A DNA stretch of 64,000 nt. It comes from the human T2T-CHM13v2.0 reference genome, Homo sapiens. Below, piece by piece: positions 1 through 9,626 of this stretch (position 1 is the stretch's first letter; every line of letters begins with the position of its first letter). Where the stretch lies: assembly GCF_009914755.1 (NCBI RefSeq), contig NC_060928.1, one strand, 5' to 3'. The position numbers were made by a program, and so were the translations under genes. Below the pieces are notes generated by a model. That model worked only from the letters and a program-made list of their open reading frames with translations. It did no database searches and was not told where the DNA came from.

Positions 1-135
1 CTAAACCTCTCTTCGACGACACCGACACATCAGGAGTCCATGAACACTGGCACACTCGCTTCCCTGCGAGGGAGGGCCAGGAGATCCAAAGGGAAGAACA
101 AACACAGCAAGAGGGCTCTGCTTGTGTGCCAGTGA
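1..135 (+). CDS. USP17L: 3' end of USP17L copy 0 (truncated by window edge)
   Basis: Reads [44 protein letters not shown] with TGA at 133-135, matching the C-terminus of the other copies. Confidence 0.93.
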   Translation, partial: LNLSSTTPTHQESMNTGTLASLRGRARRSKGKNKHSKRALLVCQ

Positions 136-167
136 TCTCAGTGGAAGTACCGACCCACACGTAGGGG

Positions 168-258
168 TGCACACACACACGCACACACACAGACACACAC
201 ATAACTACACCCAGAAGCGCGCACGCAAACACACACACACCCACACAAACACGAACAC
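168..258. repeat. Imperfect (CA)n-rich tract just 3' of the stop codon; present in every unit
   Basis: tgcacacacacacgcacacacacagacacacac...gcgcgcacgcaaacacacacacacccacacaaacacgaacac. Confidence 0.9.
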
Positions 259-862
259 CGTCAATCCTACATAAACTAATGAGGAGCCCAAGTTTCTGTC
301 TCTACAACAGGGACAACTGGATAGTGATGGCTACATCTCAGGATGAGCCCGCATATGGGAAACATCAAGTTTTGGGGTCGTGAGTCTTCCGAACCTCTGG
401 AGGGACTGTCTGAGTGTTTGTGTTCATGATAGGCGACATTCAGTGTGTATTTCTGAATATGACCTACCGACGTGTAGGTTTGCGTGTGAGGTAATTGCAG
501 GGGACTCGGTTTCGTATTTTCTCTTGGGGTGTGTTTCATTCGTCAGTTGTTGGTCGGCATGAGAAGGTGAAAGGTGGCTCATGTGGGACATCCGTGGATC
601 ATTCTCGCCACCTTGAATAGTGGAAACTGGAATGCATTTGGAAGAGAAGAACGGTGCTCTTCTTTCTTCCCCGGGCTCGCCGTTTTTACACTGGTTCCTG
701 AATGGACCTCAGGCGCCCTGGGACTTGTGCTCTTGCTGGAACCCACATAACGCCGGAAGCGGACAGACCGACTTGCCTGTTTCACGGTGCCCGCTTCCCA
801 TGAGTCGAAACGGAAAATTTTCCCACGGGCATGTAAGTCATCTGGAAGTAAGCTGTATTGAT

Positions 863-947
863 AATAAAGGAAAGCAAACACAGGAGTGTGTGTATTCAAC
901 TGAAATAAATTCAGAAAGCCCTGAAATCAATCTCACTGGGTGTGTTT
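863..947 (+). terminator. Candidate USP17L polyadenylation region; repeated in every unit
   Basis: AATAAA at 863-868 and 904-909, about 730-770 nt after the stop, each followed by a GT-rich element (gagtgtgtgt; gggtgtgttt at 938-947). Actual use is inferred. Confidence 0.55.
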
Positions 948-2814
948 AAAAATGGCATTTGGGGAATTTCTGGGTCATTTGTCCAGCTGCGAAAGCTGCA
1001 TCTCTGAAGCACAGTCCCTGTCCCGCAGTGAGACTTATTTATCCGACGTGGTGTTTCCGTGGAAATGATTGTGGGAAATGGCCCCTTCCTTTGCTCTATT
1101 TGCTGATTAGACTTCATGGTCCCTTTCTCGTCAGGTACAGTGATCAAAGTTGACCAACCCCAGAGGAAAGCTGCCCAGGGCACAACTCAGGGCTCCGTAG
1201 AACCACAGAATCTTGGGCGCAACCCTGCTCAAGCACCCAAATGTGCATACGAACAGGGTCTCCGTGTGACGTGTGTGAAAACTACAGTGTGATGAGCATG
1301 ACTGGCAGACAGCTTATCGATTGGGCTCCCCTCAAAATCGGTTATGAGCATTCAAGCACACCGATGCCCAGGTCCCGGCTGCAGGAATAAGACCCTCCAG
1401 GGTCTTGTGTGAAGCCTCGGCATCTGCATTGCTCATGCTTCTGGGGATCATTCTCCTGAAAATGGTGGCTCCTTTCTCCCTGTGGAGCATCTTTCTAAGC
1501 AGCGCTCTTTTCTTCCCCCAGGACACTTTACATCCGGCACAGGAAGCCTTCTGATGGAGCACACCTGGCCCATGAAAAGACAAGGGAAAGAAACGGGGCC
1601 AAAGGTCACAGTCCTCTCATCCCATCATCCTCCTTAAAATCATCCTAATTTCATGGGCCCTGAAGCCAGGGCTGTTTCTTTACACCTAGAGGCCTTGGCG
1701 CCGGGCCTCAATTCCGCCCTGTTCCTTACCGTCTAAGACATGTTGGGAAAATCCCTAGAGCCAGGATCTTCATTCCCGCTAAGCCAGACAGCCGGAAGAC
1801 ACACCCAAATTCTGTCCCTCTTACTTCAGGGAACATGTCCACTTTCGGCAGCATTACAATTTTGGCACCAAATGTGCTAACTGCAATTCCACCATACAAT
1901 GCGTAACTGGAAATGGAGGCAACATCTCCGATCCTGAACGATCGATGCGAGAATCCAGGATATGCACGGCTTATTTTGGCCTTTTCCCACTGAAACAAGG
2001 GCCAGTATTAAAAATGGCACGCTATCCTCTGTTTCACTCCCTGCTTTTAAACGTCTCCGATGTTTCTCCCTGAGACAGGGCCTCACTTCCGTCAGCCGGG
2101 CTTTTCTACGGTATAATTTTCCTTGTTTGCTTTTGTCCAAATTAGAACTTTTTATTTCATCTCTAGGAAACGTTGATCCATTATCACATACGTATGGAAA
2201 TATTATCACACGTGCTGTGAGATACTTTGTTTTTATTTTCATCAATTCCTTAATAAACAAAAGGTTATAGCTGGGATACCTTCTGAGTTCTCAAGTTTTT
2301 TGTTTCGTGTTTTCTTAAACTGCCGTCGCACGTCCGAAACCGCTCACTATGCAGTGTCATGACCGTCTCTCTTTTCTGGCAAACATAAATTTGGGGATTG
2401 TCATCAATTAGTCTCTCGGGGATTGCATGATTTCCCCAAAGGCTTTCACAGTCTACTTTGTGCACTGAGTATCTCTTCAAACTTCAGTGCATGTTTCTAC
2501 CATTTGATGCTTTCTTATTTGGCAATCTAGCTTCCACAAGAGCATTTCATGCAAAGACTTGTCTTGTTCTCCACTGGCAGGTAATTTCACTCGGACAGAG
2601 AATCAATAGGCTCAACGTGGAAAGGTTATCGCTGGAAGGTCTGTTTGATTCCACGGATCTCTCCTTTCTCACTAGGGAAGAAAATACGCTGTGCTAAATA
2701 CTATACTTCATTGACTATTCTCAGGTCAGAAAGCGCACTTTCGACTTCTTGTCCTTCCGTCGCTGAGAGGATGATGGCAGCTGCCAAAAGTACCTACTTG
2801 GAGGTTCATCCCAG

Positions 2815-2883
2815 CACAAACACACACACACACACGCCACCCCCCCACACACACAAACACACTCACACACACACACTCACACG
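2815..2883. repeat. Compound (CA)n / poly-C microsatellite ~400 bp upstream of the ATG, length-polymorphic between units
   Basis: cacaaa(ca)n-g-(ccaccccccc, c7 or c9)-(ac)n-aaacacactc(ac)n. Four core alleles are seen among the units. Confidence 0.9.
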
Positions 2884-2970
2884 GTTTCCTAGGTAAAGAT
2901 TTCTTCCCTGCCATTGCTTTACCTAAAATAAGGCAACTGTGAGGCCACTGTCCCAACCCGGTTACACTCC

Positions 2971-3165
2971 TATTATATGTGCCTATCATCCTGAGGAGTA
3001 ATTTGATTTAGGTGTTCTGGAAGTCATGCTGTGGGCTGTGTCTGTTGAATTCCCAGCGATGCCAGGGGACACACCCTGTGACTCCTTCCTGAATTGAGTG
3101 CTGATATTTGATTGGCTTATCGCGCACCTGATGAGTGGGTGGGGTGTTCGCGGTTGGTGGGGGTG
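2971..3165 (+). promoter_or_regulatory. Putative proximal promoter of USP17L; repeated in every unit
   Basis: TATA-like TATTATAT at 2971-2978, inverted CCAAT box (ATTGG, 3111-3115) and GGGTGGGG KLF/SP-type box (3137-3144), all upstream of ATG 3288. The TSS cannot be determined from sequence. Confidence 0.45.
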
Positions 3166-3287
3166 ACTTACAGAAGGGCTGATGCGGCCAGAGAGCTCGT
3201 CATTTGAAGACTCTCTCGGAAGGGATAGCGTCTTTCTGCAACCTGCGGTCCCAGCAGACAAACCTTGTGATCCTCGTTCCAGTCGAC

Positions 3288-4880
3288 ATGGAGGACGACT
3301 CACTCTACTTGGGAGGTGAGTGGCAGTTCAACCACTTTTCAAAACTCACATCTTCTCGGCCAGATGCAGCTTTTGCTGAAATCCAGCGGACTTCTCTCCC
3401 TGAGAAGTCACCACTCTCATGTGAGACCCGTGTCGACCTCTGTGATGATTTGGCTCCTGTGGCAAGACAGCTTGCTCCCAGGGAGAAGCTTCCTCTGAGT
3501 AGCAGGAGACCTGCTGCGGTGGGGGCTGGGCTCCAGAATATGGGAAATACCTGCTACGTGAACGCTTCCTTGCAGTGCCTGACATACACACCGCCCCTTG
3601 CCAACTACATGCTGTCCCGGGAGCACTCTCAAACGTGTCATCGTCACAAGGGCTGCATGCTCTGTACTATGCAAGCTCACATCACACGGGCCCTCCACAA
3701 TCCTGGCCACGTCATCCAGCCCTCACAGGCATTGGCTGCTGGCTTCCATAGAGGCAAGCAGGAAGATGCCCATGAATTTCTCATGTTCACTGTGGATGCC
3801 ATGAAAAAGGCATGCCTTCCCGGGCACAAGCAGGTAGATCATCACTCTAAGGACACCACCCTCATCCACCAAATATTTGGAGGCTACTGGAGATCTCAAA
3901 TCAAGTGTCTCCACTGCCACGGCATTTCAGACACTTTTGACCCTTACCTGGACATCGCCCTGGATATCCAGGCAGCTCAGAGTGTCCAGCAAGCTTTGGA
4001 ACAGTTGGTGAAGCCCGAAGAACTCAATGGAGAGAATGCCTATCATTGTGGTGTTTGTCTCCAGAGGGCGCCGGCCTCCAAGACGTTAACTTTACACACC
4101 TCTGCCAAGGTCCTCATCCTTGTATTGAAGAGATTCTCCGATGTCACAGGCAACAAGATTGCCAAGAATGTGCAATATCCTGAGTGCCTTGACATGCAGC
4201 CATACATGTCTCAGCAGAACACAGGACCTCTCGTCTATGTCCTCTATGCTGTGCTGGTCCACGCTGGGTGGAGTTGTCACAACGGACATTACTTCTCTTA
4301 TGTCAAAGCTCAAGAAGGCCAGTGGTATAAAATGGATGATGCCGAGGTCACCGCCTCTAGCATCACTTCTGTCCTGAGTCAACAGGCCTACGTCCTCTTT
4401 TACATCCAGAAGAGTGAATGGGAAAGACACAGTGAGAGTGTGTCAAGAGGCAGGGAACCAAGAGCCCTTGGCGCAGAAGACACAGACAGGCGAGCAACGC
4501 AAGGAGAGCTCAAGAGAGACCACCCCTGCCTCCAGGCCCCCGAGTTGGACGAGCACTTGGTGGAAAGAGCCACTCAGGAAAGCACCTTAGACCACTGGAA
4601 ATTCCTTCAAGAGCAAAACAAAACGAAGCCTGAGTTCAACGTCAAAAAAGTCGAAGGTACCCTGCCTCCCGACGTACTTGTGATTCATCAATCAAAATAC
4701 AAGTGTGGGATGAAGAACCATCATCCTGAACAGCAAAGCTCCCAGCTAAACCTCTCTTCGACGACCCCGACACATCAGGAGTCCATGAACACTGGCACAC
4801 TCGCTTCCCTGCGAGGGAGGGCCAGGAGATCCAAAGGGAAGAACAAACACAGCAAGAGGGCTCTGCTTGTGTGCCAGTGA
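3288..4880 (+). CDS. USP17L: Ubiquitin carboxyl-terminal hydrolase 17-like (DUB3 family), copy 1, 530 aa; variants K453, L486Q
   Basis: Starts [10 protein letters not shown] in a good Kozak context (gacATGG); the track's 3204 start is a TTG. Cys box [10 protein letters not shown] (C89), QEDAHEFL, His box HNGHY (H334), WYKMDD (D351), two CxxC motifs (C207/C210, C254/C257), B(X7)B hyaluronan-binding motifs at 401-409 and 445-453. Intronless. Confidence 0.97.
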   Translation: MEDDSLYLGGEWQFNHFSKLTSSRPDAAFAEIQRTSLPEKSPLSCETRVDLCDDLAPVARQLAPREKLPLSSRRPAAVGAGLQNMGNTCYVNASLQCLTYTPPLANYMLSREHSQTCHRHKGCMLCTMQAHITRALHNPGHVIQPSQALAAGFHRGKQEDAHEFLMFTVDAMKKACLPGHKQVDHHSKDTTLIHQIFGGYWRSQIKCLHCHGISDTFDPYLDIALDIQAAQSVQQALEQLVKPEELNGENAYHCGVCLQRAPASKTLTLHTSAKVLILVLKRFSDVTGNKIAKNVQYPECLDMQPYMSQQNTGPLVYVLYAVLVHAGWSCHNGHYFSYVKAQEGQWYKMDDAEVTASSITSVLSQQAYVLFYIQKSEWERHSESVSRGREPRALGAEDTDRRATQGELKRDHPCLQAPELDEHLVERATQESTLDHWKFLQEQNKTKPEFNVKKVEGTLPPDVLVIHQSKYKCGMKNHHPEQQSSQLNLSSTTPTHQESMNTGTLASLRGRARRSKGKNKHSKRALLVCQ

Positions 4881-7800
4881 TCTCAGTGGAAGTACCGACC
4901 CACACGTAGGGGTGCACACACACACGCACACACACAGACACACACATAACTACACCCAGAAGCGCGCACGCAAACACACACACACCCACACAAACACGAA
5001 CACCGTCAATCCTACATAAACTAATGAGGAGCCCAAGTTTCTATCTCTACAACAGGGACAACTGGATAGTGATGGCTACATCTCAGGATGAGCCCGCATA
5101 TGGGAAACATCAAGTTTTGGGGTCGTGAGTCTTCCGAACCTCTGGTGGGACTGTCTGAGTGTTTGTGTTCATGATAGGCGACATTCAGTGTGTATTTCTG
5201 AATATGACCTACCGACGTGTAGGTTTGCGTGTGAGGTAATTGCAGGGGACTCGGTTTCGTATTTTCTCTTGGGGTGTGTTTCATTCGTCAGTTGTTGGTC
5301 GGCATGAGAAGGTGAAATGTGGCTCATGTGGGACATCCGTGGATCATTCTCGCCACCTTGAATAGTGGAAACTGGAATGCATTTGGAAGAGAAGAACGGT
5401 GCTCTTCTTTCTTCCCCGGGCTCGCCGTTTTTACACTGGTTCCTGAATGGACCTCAGGCGCCCTGGGACTTGTGCTCTTGCTGGAACCCACATAACGCCG
5501 GAAGCGGACAGACCGACTTGCCTGTTTCACGGTGCCCGCTTCCCATGAGTCGAAACGGAAAATTTTCCCACGGGCATGTAAGTCATCTGGAAGTAAGCTG
5601 TATTGATAATAAAGGAAAGCAAACACAGGAGTGTGTGTATTCAACTGAAATAAATTCAGAAAGCCCTGAAATCAATCTCACTGGGTGTGTTTAAAAATGG
5701 CATTTGGGGAATTTCTGGGTCATTTGTCCAGCTGCGAAAGCTGCATCTCTGAAGCACAGTCCCTGTCCCGCAGTGAGACTTATTTATCCGACGTGGTGTT
5801 TCCGTGGAAATGATTGTGGGAAATGGCCCCTTCCTTTTCTCTATTTGCTGATTAGACTTCATGGTCCCTTTCTCGTCAGGTACAGTGATCAAAGTTGACC
5901 AACCCCAGAGGAAAGCTGCCCAGGGCACAACTCAGGGCTCCGTAGAACCACAGAATCTTGGGCGCAACCCTGCTCAAGCACCCAAATGTGCATACGAACA
6001 GGGTCTCCGTGTGACGTGTGTGAAAACTACAGTGTGATGAGCATGACTGGCAGACAGCTTATCGATTGGGCTCCCCTCAAAATCGGTTATGAGCATTCAA
6101 GCACACCGATGCCCAGGTCCCGGCTGCAGGAATAAGACCCTCCAGGGTCTTGTGTGAAGCCTCGGCATCTGCATTGCTCATGCTTCTGGGGATCATTCTC
6201 CTGAAAATGGTGGCTCCTTTCTCCCTGTGGAGCATCTTTCTAAGCAGCGCTCTTTTCTTCCCCCAGGACACTTTACATCCGGCACAGGAAGCCTTCTGAT
6301 GGAGCACACCTGGCCCATGAAAAGACAAGGGAAAGAAACGGGGCCAAAGGTCACAGTCCTCTCATCCCATCATCCTCCTTAAAATCATCCTAATTTCATG
6401 GGCCCTGAAGCCAGGGCTGTTTCTTTACACCTAGAGGCCTTGGCGCCGGGCCTCAATTCCGCCCTGTTCCTTACCGTCTAAGACATGTTGGGAAAATCCC
6501 TAGAGCCAGGATCTTCATTCCCGCTAAGCCAGACAGCCGGAAGACACACCCAAATTCTGTCCCTCTTACTTCAGGGAACATGTCCACTTTCGGCAGCATT
6601 ACAATTTTGGCACCAAATGTGCTAACTGCAATTCCACCATACAATGCGTAACTGGAAATGGAGGCAACATCTCCGATCCTGAACGATCGATGCGAGAATC
6701 CAGGATATGCACGGCTTATTTTGGCCTTTTCCCACTGAAACAAGGGCCAGTATTAAAAATGGCACGCTATCCTCTGTTTCACTCCCTGCTTTTAAACGTC
6801 TCCGATGTTTCTCCCTGAGACAGGGCCTCACTTCCGTCAGCCGGGCTTTTCTACGGTATAATTTTCCTTGTTTGCTTTTGTCCAAATTAGAACTTTTTAT
6901 TTCATCTCTAGGAAACGTTGATCCATTATCACATACGTATGGAAATATTATCACACGTGCTGTGAGATACGTTGTTTTTATTTTCATCAATTCCTTAATA
7001 AACAAAAGGTTATAGCTGGGATACCTTCTGAGTTCTCAAGTTTTTTGTTTCGTGTTTTCTTAAACTGCCGTCGCACGTCCGAAACCGCTCACTATGCAGT
7101 GTCATGACCGTCTCTCTTTTCTGGCAAACATAAATTTGGGGATTGTCATCAATTAGTCTCTCGGGGATTGCATGATTTCCCCAAAGGCTTTCACAGTCTA
7201 CTTTGTGCACTGAGTATCTCTTCAAACTTCAGTGCATGTTTCTACCATTTGATGCTTTCTTATTTGGCAATCTAGCTTCCACAAGAGCATTTCATGCAAA
7301 GACTTGTCTTGTTCTCCACTGGCAGGTAATTTCACTCGGATAGAGAATCAATAGGCTCAACGTGGAAAGGTTATCGCTGGAAGGTCTGTTTGATTCCACG
7401 GATCTCTCCTTTCTCACTAGGGAAGAAAATACGCTGTGCTAAATACTATACTTCATTGACTATTCTCAGGTCAGAAAGCGCACTTTCGACTTCTTGTCCT
7501 TCCGTCGCTGAGAGGATGATGGCAGCTGCCAAAAGTACCTACTTGGAGGTTCATCCCAGCACAAACACACACACACACACGCCCCCCCACACACACACAC
7601 AAACACACTCACACACACACACTCACACGGTTTCCTAGGTAAAGATTTCTTCCCTGCCATTGCTTTACCTAAAATAAGGCAACTGTGAGGCCACTGTCCC
7701 AACCCGGTTACACTCCTATTATATGTGCCTATCATCCTGAGGAGTAATTTGATTCAGGTGTTCTGGAAGTCATGCTGTGGGCTGTGTCTGTTGAATTCCC

Positions 7801-8033
7801 AGCGATGCCAGGGGACACACCCTGTGACTCCTTCCTGAATTGAGTGCTGATATTTGATTGGCTTATCGCGCACCTGATGAGTGGGTGGGGTGTTCGCGGT
7901 TGGTGGGGGTGACTTACAGAAGGGCTGATGCGGCCAGAGAGCTCGTCATTTGAAGACTCTCTCGGAAGGGATAGCGTCTTTCTGCAACCTGCGGTCCCAG
8001 CAGACAAACCTTGTGATCCTCGTTCCAGTCGAC

Positions 8034-9626
8034 ATGGAGGACGACTCACTCTACTTGGGAGGTGAGTGGCAGTTCAACCACTTTTCAAAACTCACATCTT
8101 CTCGGCCCGATGCAGCTTTTGCTGAAATCCAGCGGACTTCTCTCCCTGAGAAGTCACCACTCTCATGTGAGACCCGTGTCGACCTCTGTGATGATTTGGC
8201 TCCTGTGGCAAGACAGCTTGCTCCCAGGGAGAAGCTTCCTCTGAGTAGCAGGAGACCTGCTGCGGTGGGGGCTGGGCTCCAGAATATGGGAAATACCTGC
8301 TACGTGAACGCTTCCTTGCAGTGCCTGACATACACACCGCCCCTTGCCAACTACATGCTGTCCCGGGAGCACTCTCAAACGTGTCATCGTCACAAGGGCT
8401 GCATGCTCTGTACTATGCAAGCTCACATCACACGGGCCCTCCACAATCCTGGCCACGTCATCCAGCCCTCACAGGCATTGGCTGCTGGCTTCCATAGAGG
8501 CAAGCAGGAAGATGCCCATGAATTTCTCATGTTCACTGTGGATGCCATGAAAAAGGCATGCCTTCCCGGGCACAAGCAGGTAGATCATCACTCTAAGGAC
8601 ACCACCCTCATCCACCAAATATTTGGAGGCTACTGGAGATCTCAAATCAAGTGTCTCCACTGCCACGGCATTTCAGACACTTTTGACCCTTACCTGGACA
8701 TCGCCCTGGATATCCAGGCAGCTCAGAGTGTCCAGCAAGCTTTGGAACAGTTGGTGAAGCCCGAAGAACTCAATGGAGAGAATGCCTATCATTGTGGTGT
8801 TTGTCTCCAGAGGGCGCCGGCCTCCAAGACGTTAACTTTACACACCTCTGCCAAGGTCCTCATCCTTGTATTGAAGAGATTCTCCGATGTCACAGGCAAC
8901 AAGATTGCCAAGAATGTGCAATATCCTGAGTGCCTTGACATGCAGCCATACATGTCTCAGCAGAACACAGGACCTCTCGTCTATGTCCTCTATGCTGTGC
9001 TGGTCCACGCTGGGTGGAGTTGTCACAACGGACATTACTTCTCTTATGTCAAAGCTCAAGAAGGCCAGTGGTATAAAATGGATGATGCCGAGGTCACCGC
9101 CTCTAGCATCACTTCTGTCCTGAGTCAACAGGCCTACGTCCTCTTTTACATCCAGAAGAGTGAATGGGAAAGACACAGTGAGAGTGTGTCAAGAGGCAGG
9201 GAACCAAGAGCCCTTGGCGCAGAAGACACAGACAGGCGAGCAACGCAAGGAGAGCTCAAGAGAGACCACCCCTGCCTCCAGGCCCCCGAGTTGGACGAGC
9301 ACTTGGTGGAAAGAGCCACTCAGGAAAGCACCTTAGACCACTGGAAATTCCTTCAAGAGCAAAACAAAACGAAGCCTGAGTTCAACGTCAGAAAAGTCGA
9401 AGGTACCCTGCCTCCCGACGTACTTGTGATTCATCAATCAAAATACAAGTGTGGGATGAAGAACCATCATCCTGAACAGCAAAGCTCCCTGCTAAACCTC
9501 TCTTCGACGACACCGACACATCAGGAGTCCATGAACACTGGCACACTCGCTTCCCTGCGAGGGAGGGCCAGGAGATCCAAAGGGAAGAACAAACACAGCA
9601 AGAGGGCTCTGCTTGTGTGCCAGTGA
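8034..9626 (+). CDS. USP17L: USP17L copy 2, 530 aa, consensus protein
   Basis: Intact ORF with C89/H334/D351. Confidence 0.97.
   Translation: MEDDSLYLGGEWQFNHFSKLTSSRPDAAFAEIQRTSLPEKSPLSCETRVDLCDDLAPVARQLAPREKLPLSSRRPAAVGAGLQNMGNTCYVNASLQCLTYTPPLANYMLSREHSQTCHRHKGCMLCTMQAHITRALHNPGHVIQPSQALAAGFHRGKQEDAHEFLMFTVDAMKKACLPGHKQVDHHSKDTTLIHQIFGGYWRSQIKCLHCHGISDTFDPYLDIALDIQAAQSVQQALEQLVKPEELNGENAYHCGVCLQRAPASKTLTLHTSAKVLILVLKRFSDVTGNKIAKNVQYPECLDMQPYMSQQNTGPLVYVLYAVLVHAGWSCHNGHYFSYVKAQEGQWYKMDDAEVTASSITSVLSQQAYVLFYIQKSEWERHSESVSRGREPRALGAEDTDRRATQGELKRDHPCLQAPELDEHLVERATQESTLDHWKFLQEQNKTKPEFNVRKVEGTLPPDVLVIHQSKYKCGMKNHHPEQQSSLLNLSSTTPTHQESMNTGTLASLRGRARRSKGKNKHSKRALLVCQ

Noticed and set aside
1736-1840. 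p53-like half sites (AGACATGTTG, GAACATGTCC)
   Set aside because: They are ~85 bp apart, not an adjacent pair, and one is imperfect.
3204-3287. 558-aa ORF start given by the ORF track
   Set aside because: It begins at TTG, a bacterial-style start call. The family protein is 530 aa from ATG 3288, which has a good Kozak context.
276-3303. Many 60-127 aa ORFs in the spacer, recurring in each unit
   Set aside because: No recognisable domains, many have non-ATG starts, and they recur only because the DNA is repeated. Several are broken by SNPs or microsatellite frameshifts in some units.
4866-4880. C-terminal LVCQ as a CaaX prenylation motif
   Set aside because: The cysteine is second from the end, not fourth.
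3346-4989. Antisense and alternate-frame ORFs inside the USP17L CDS
   Set aside because: Shadow ORFs of the coding sequence with no independent support.
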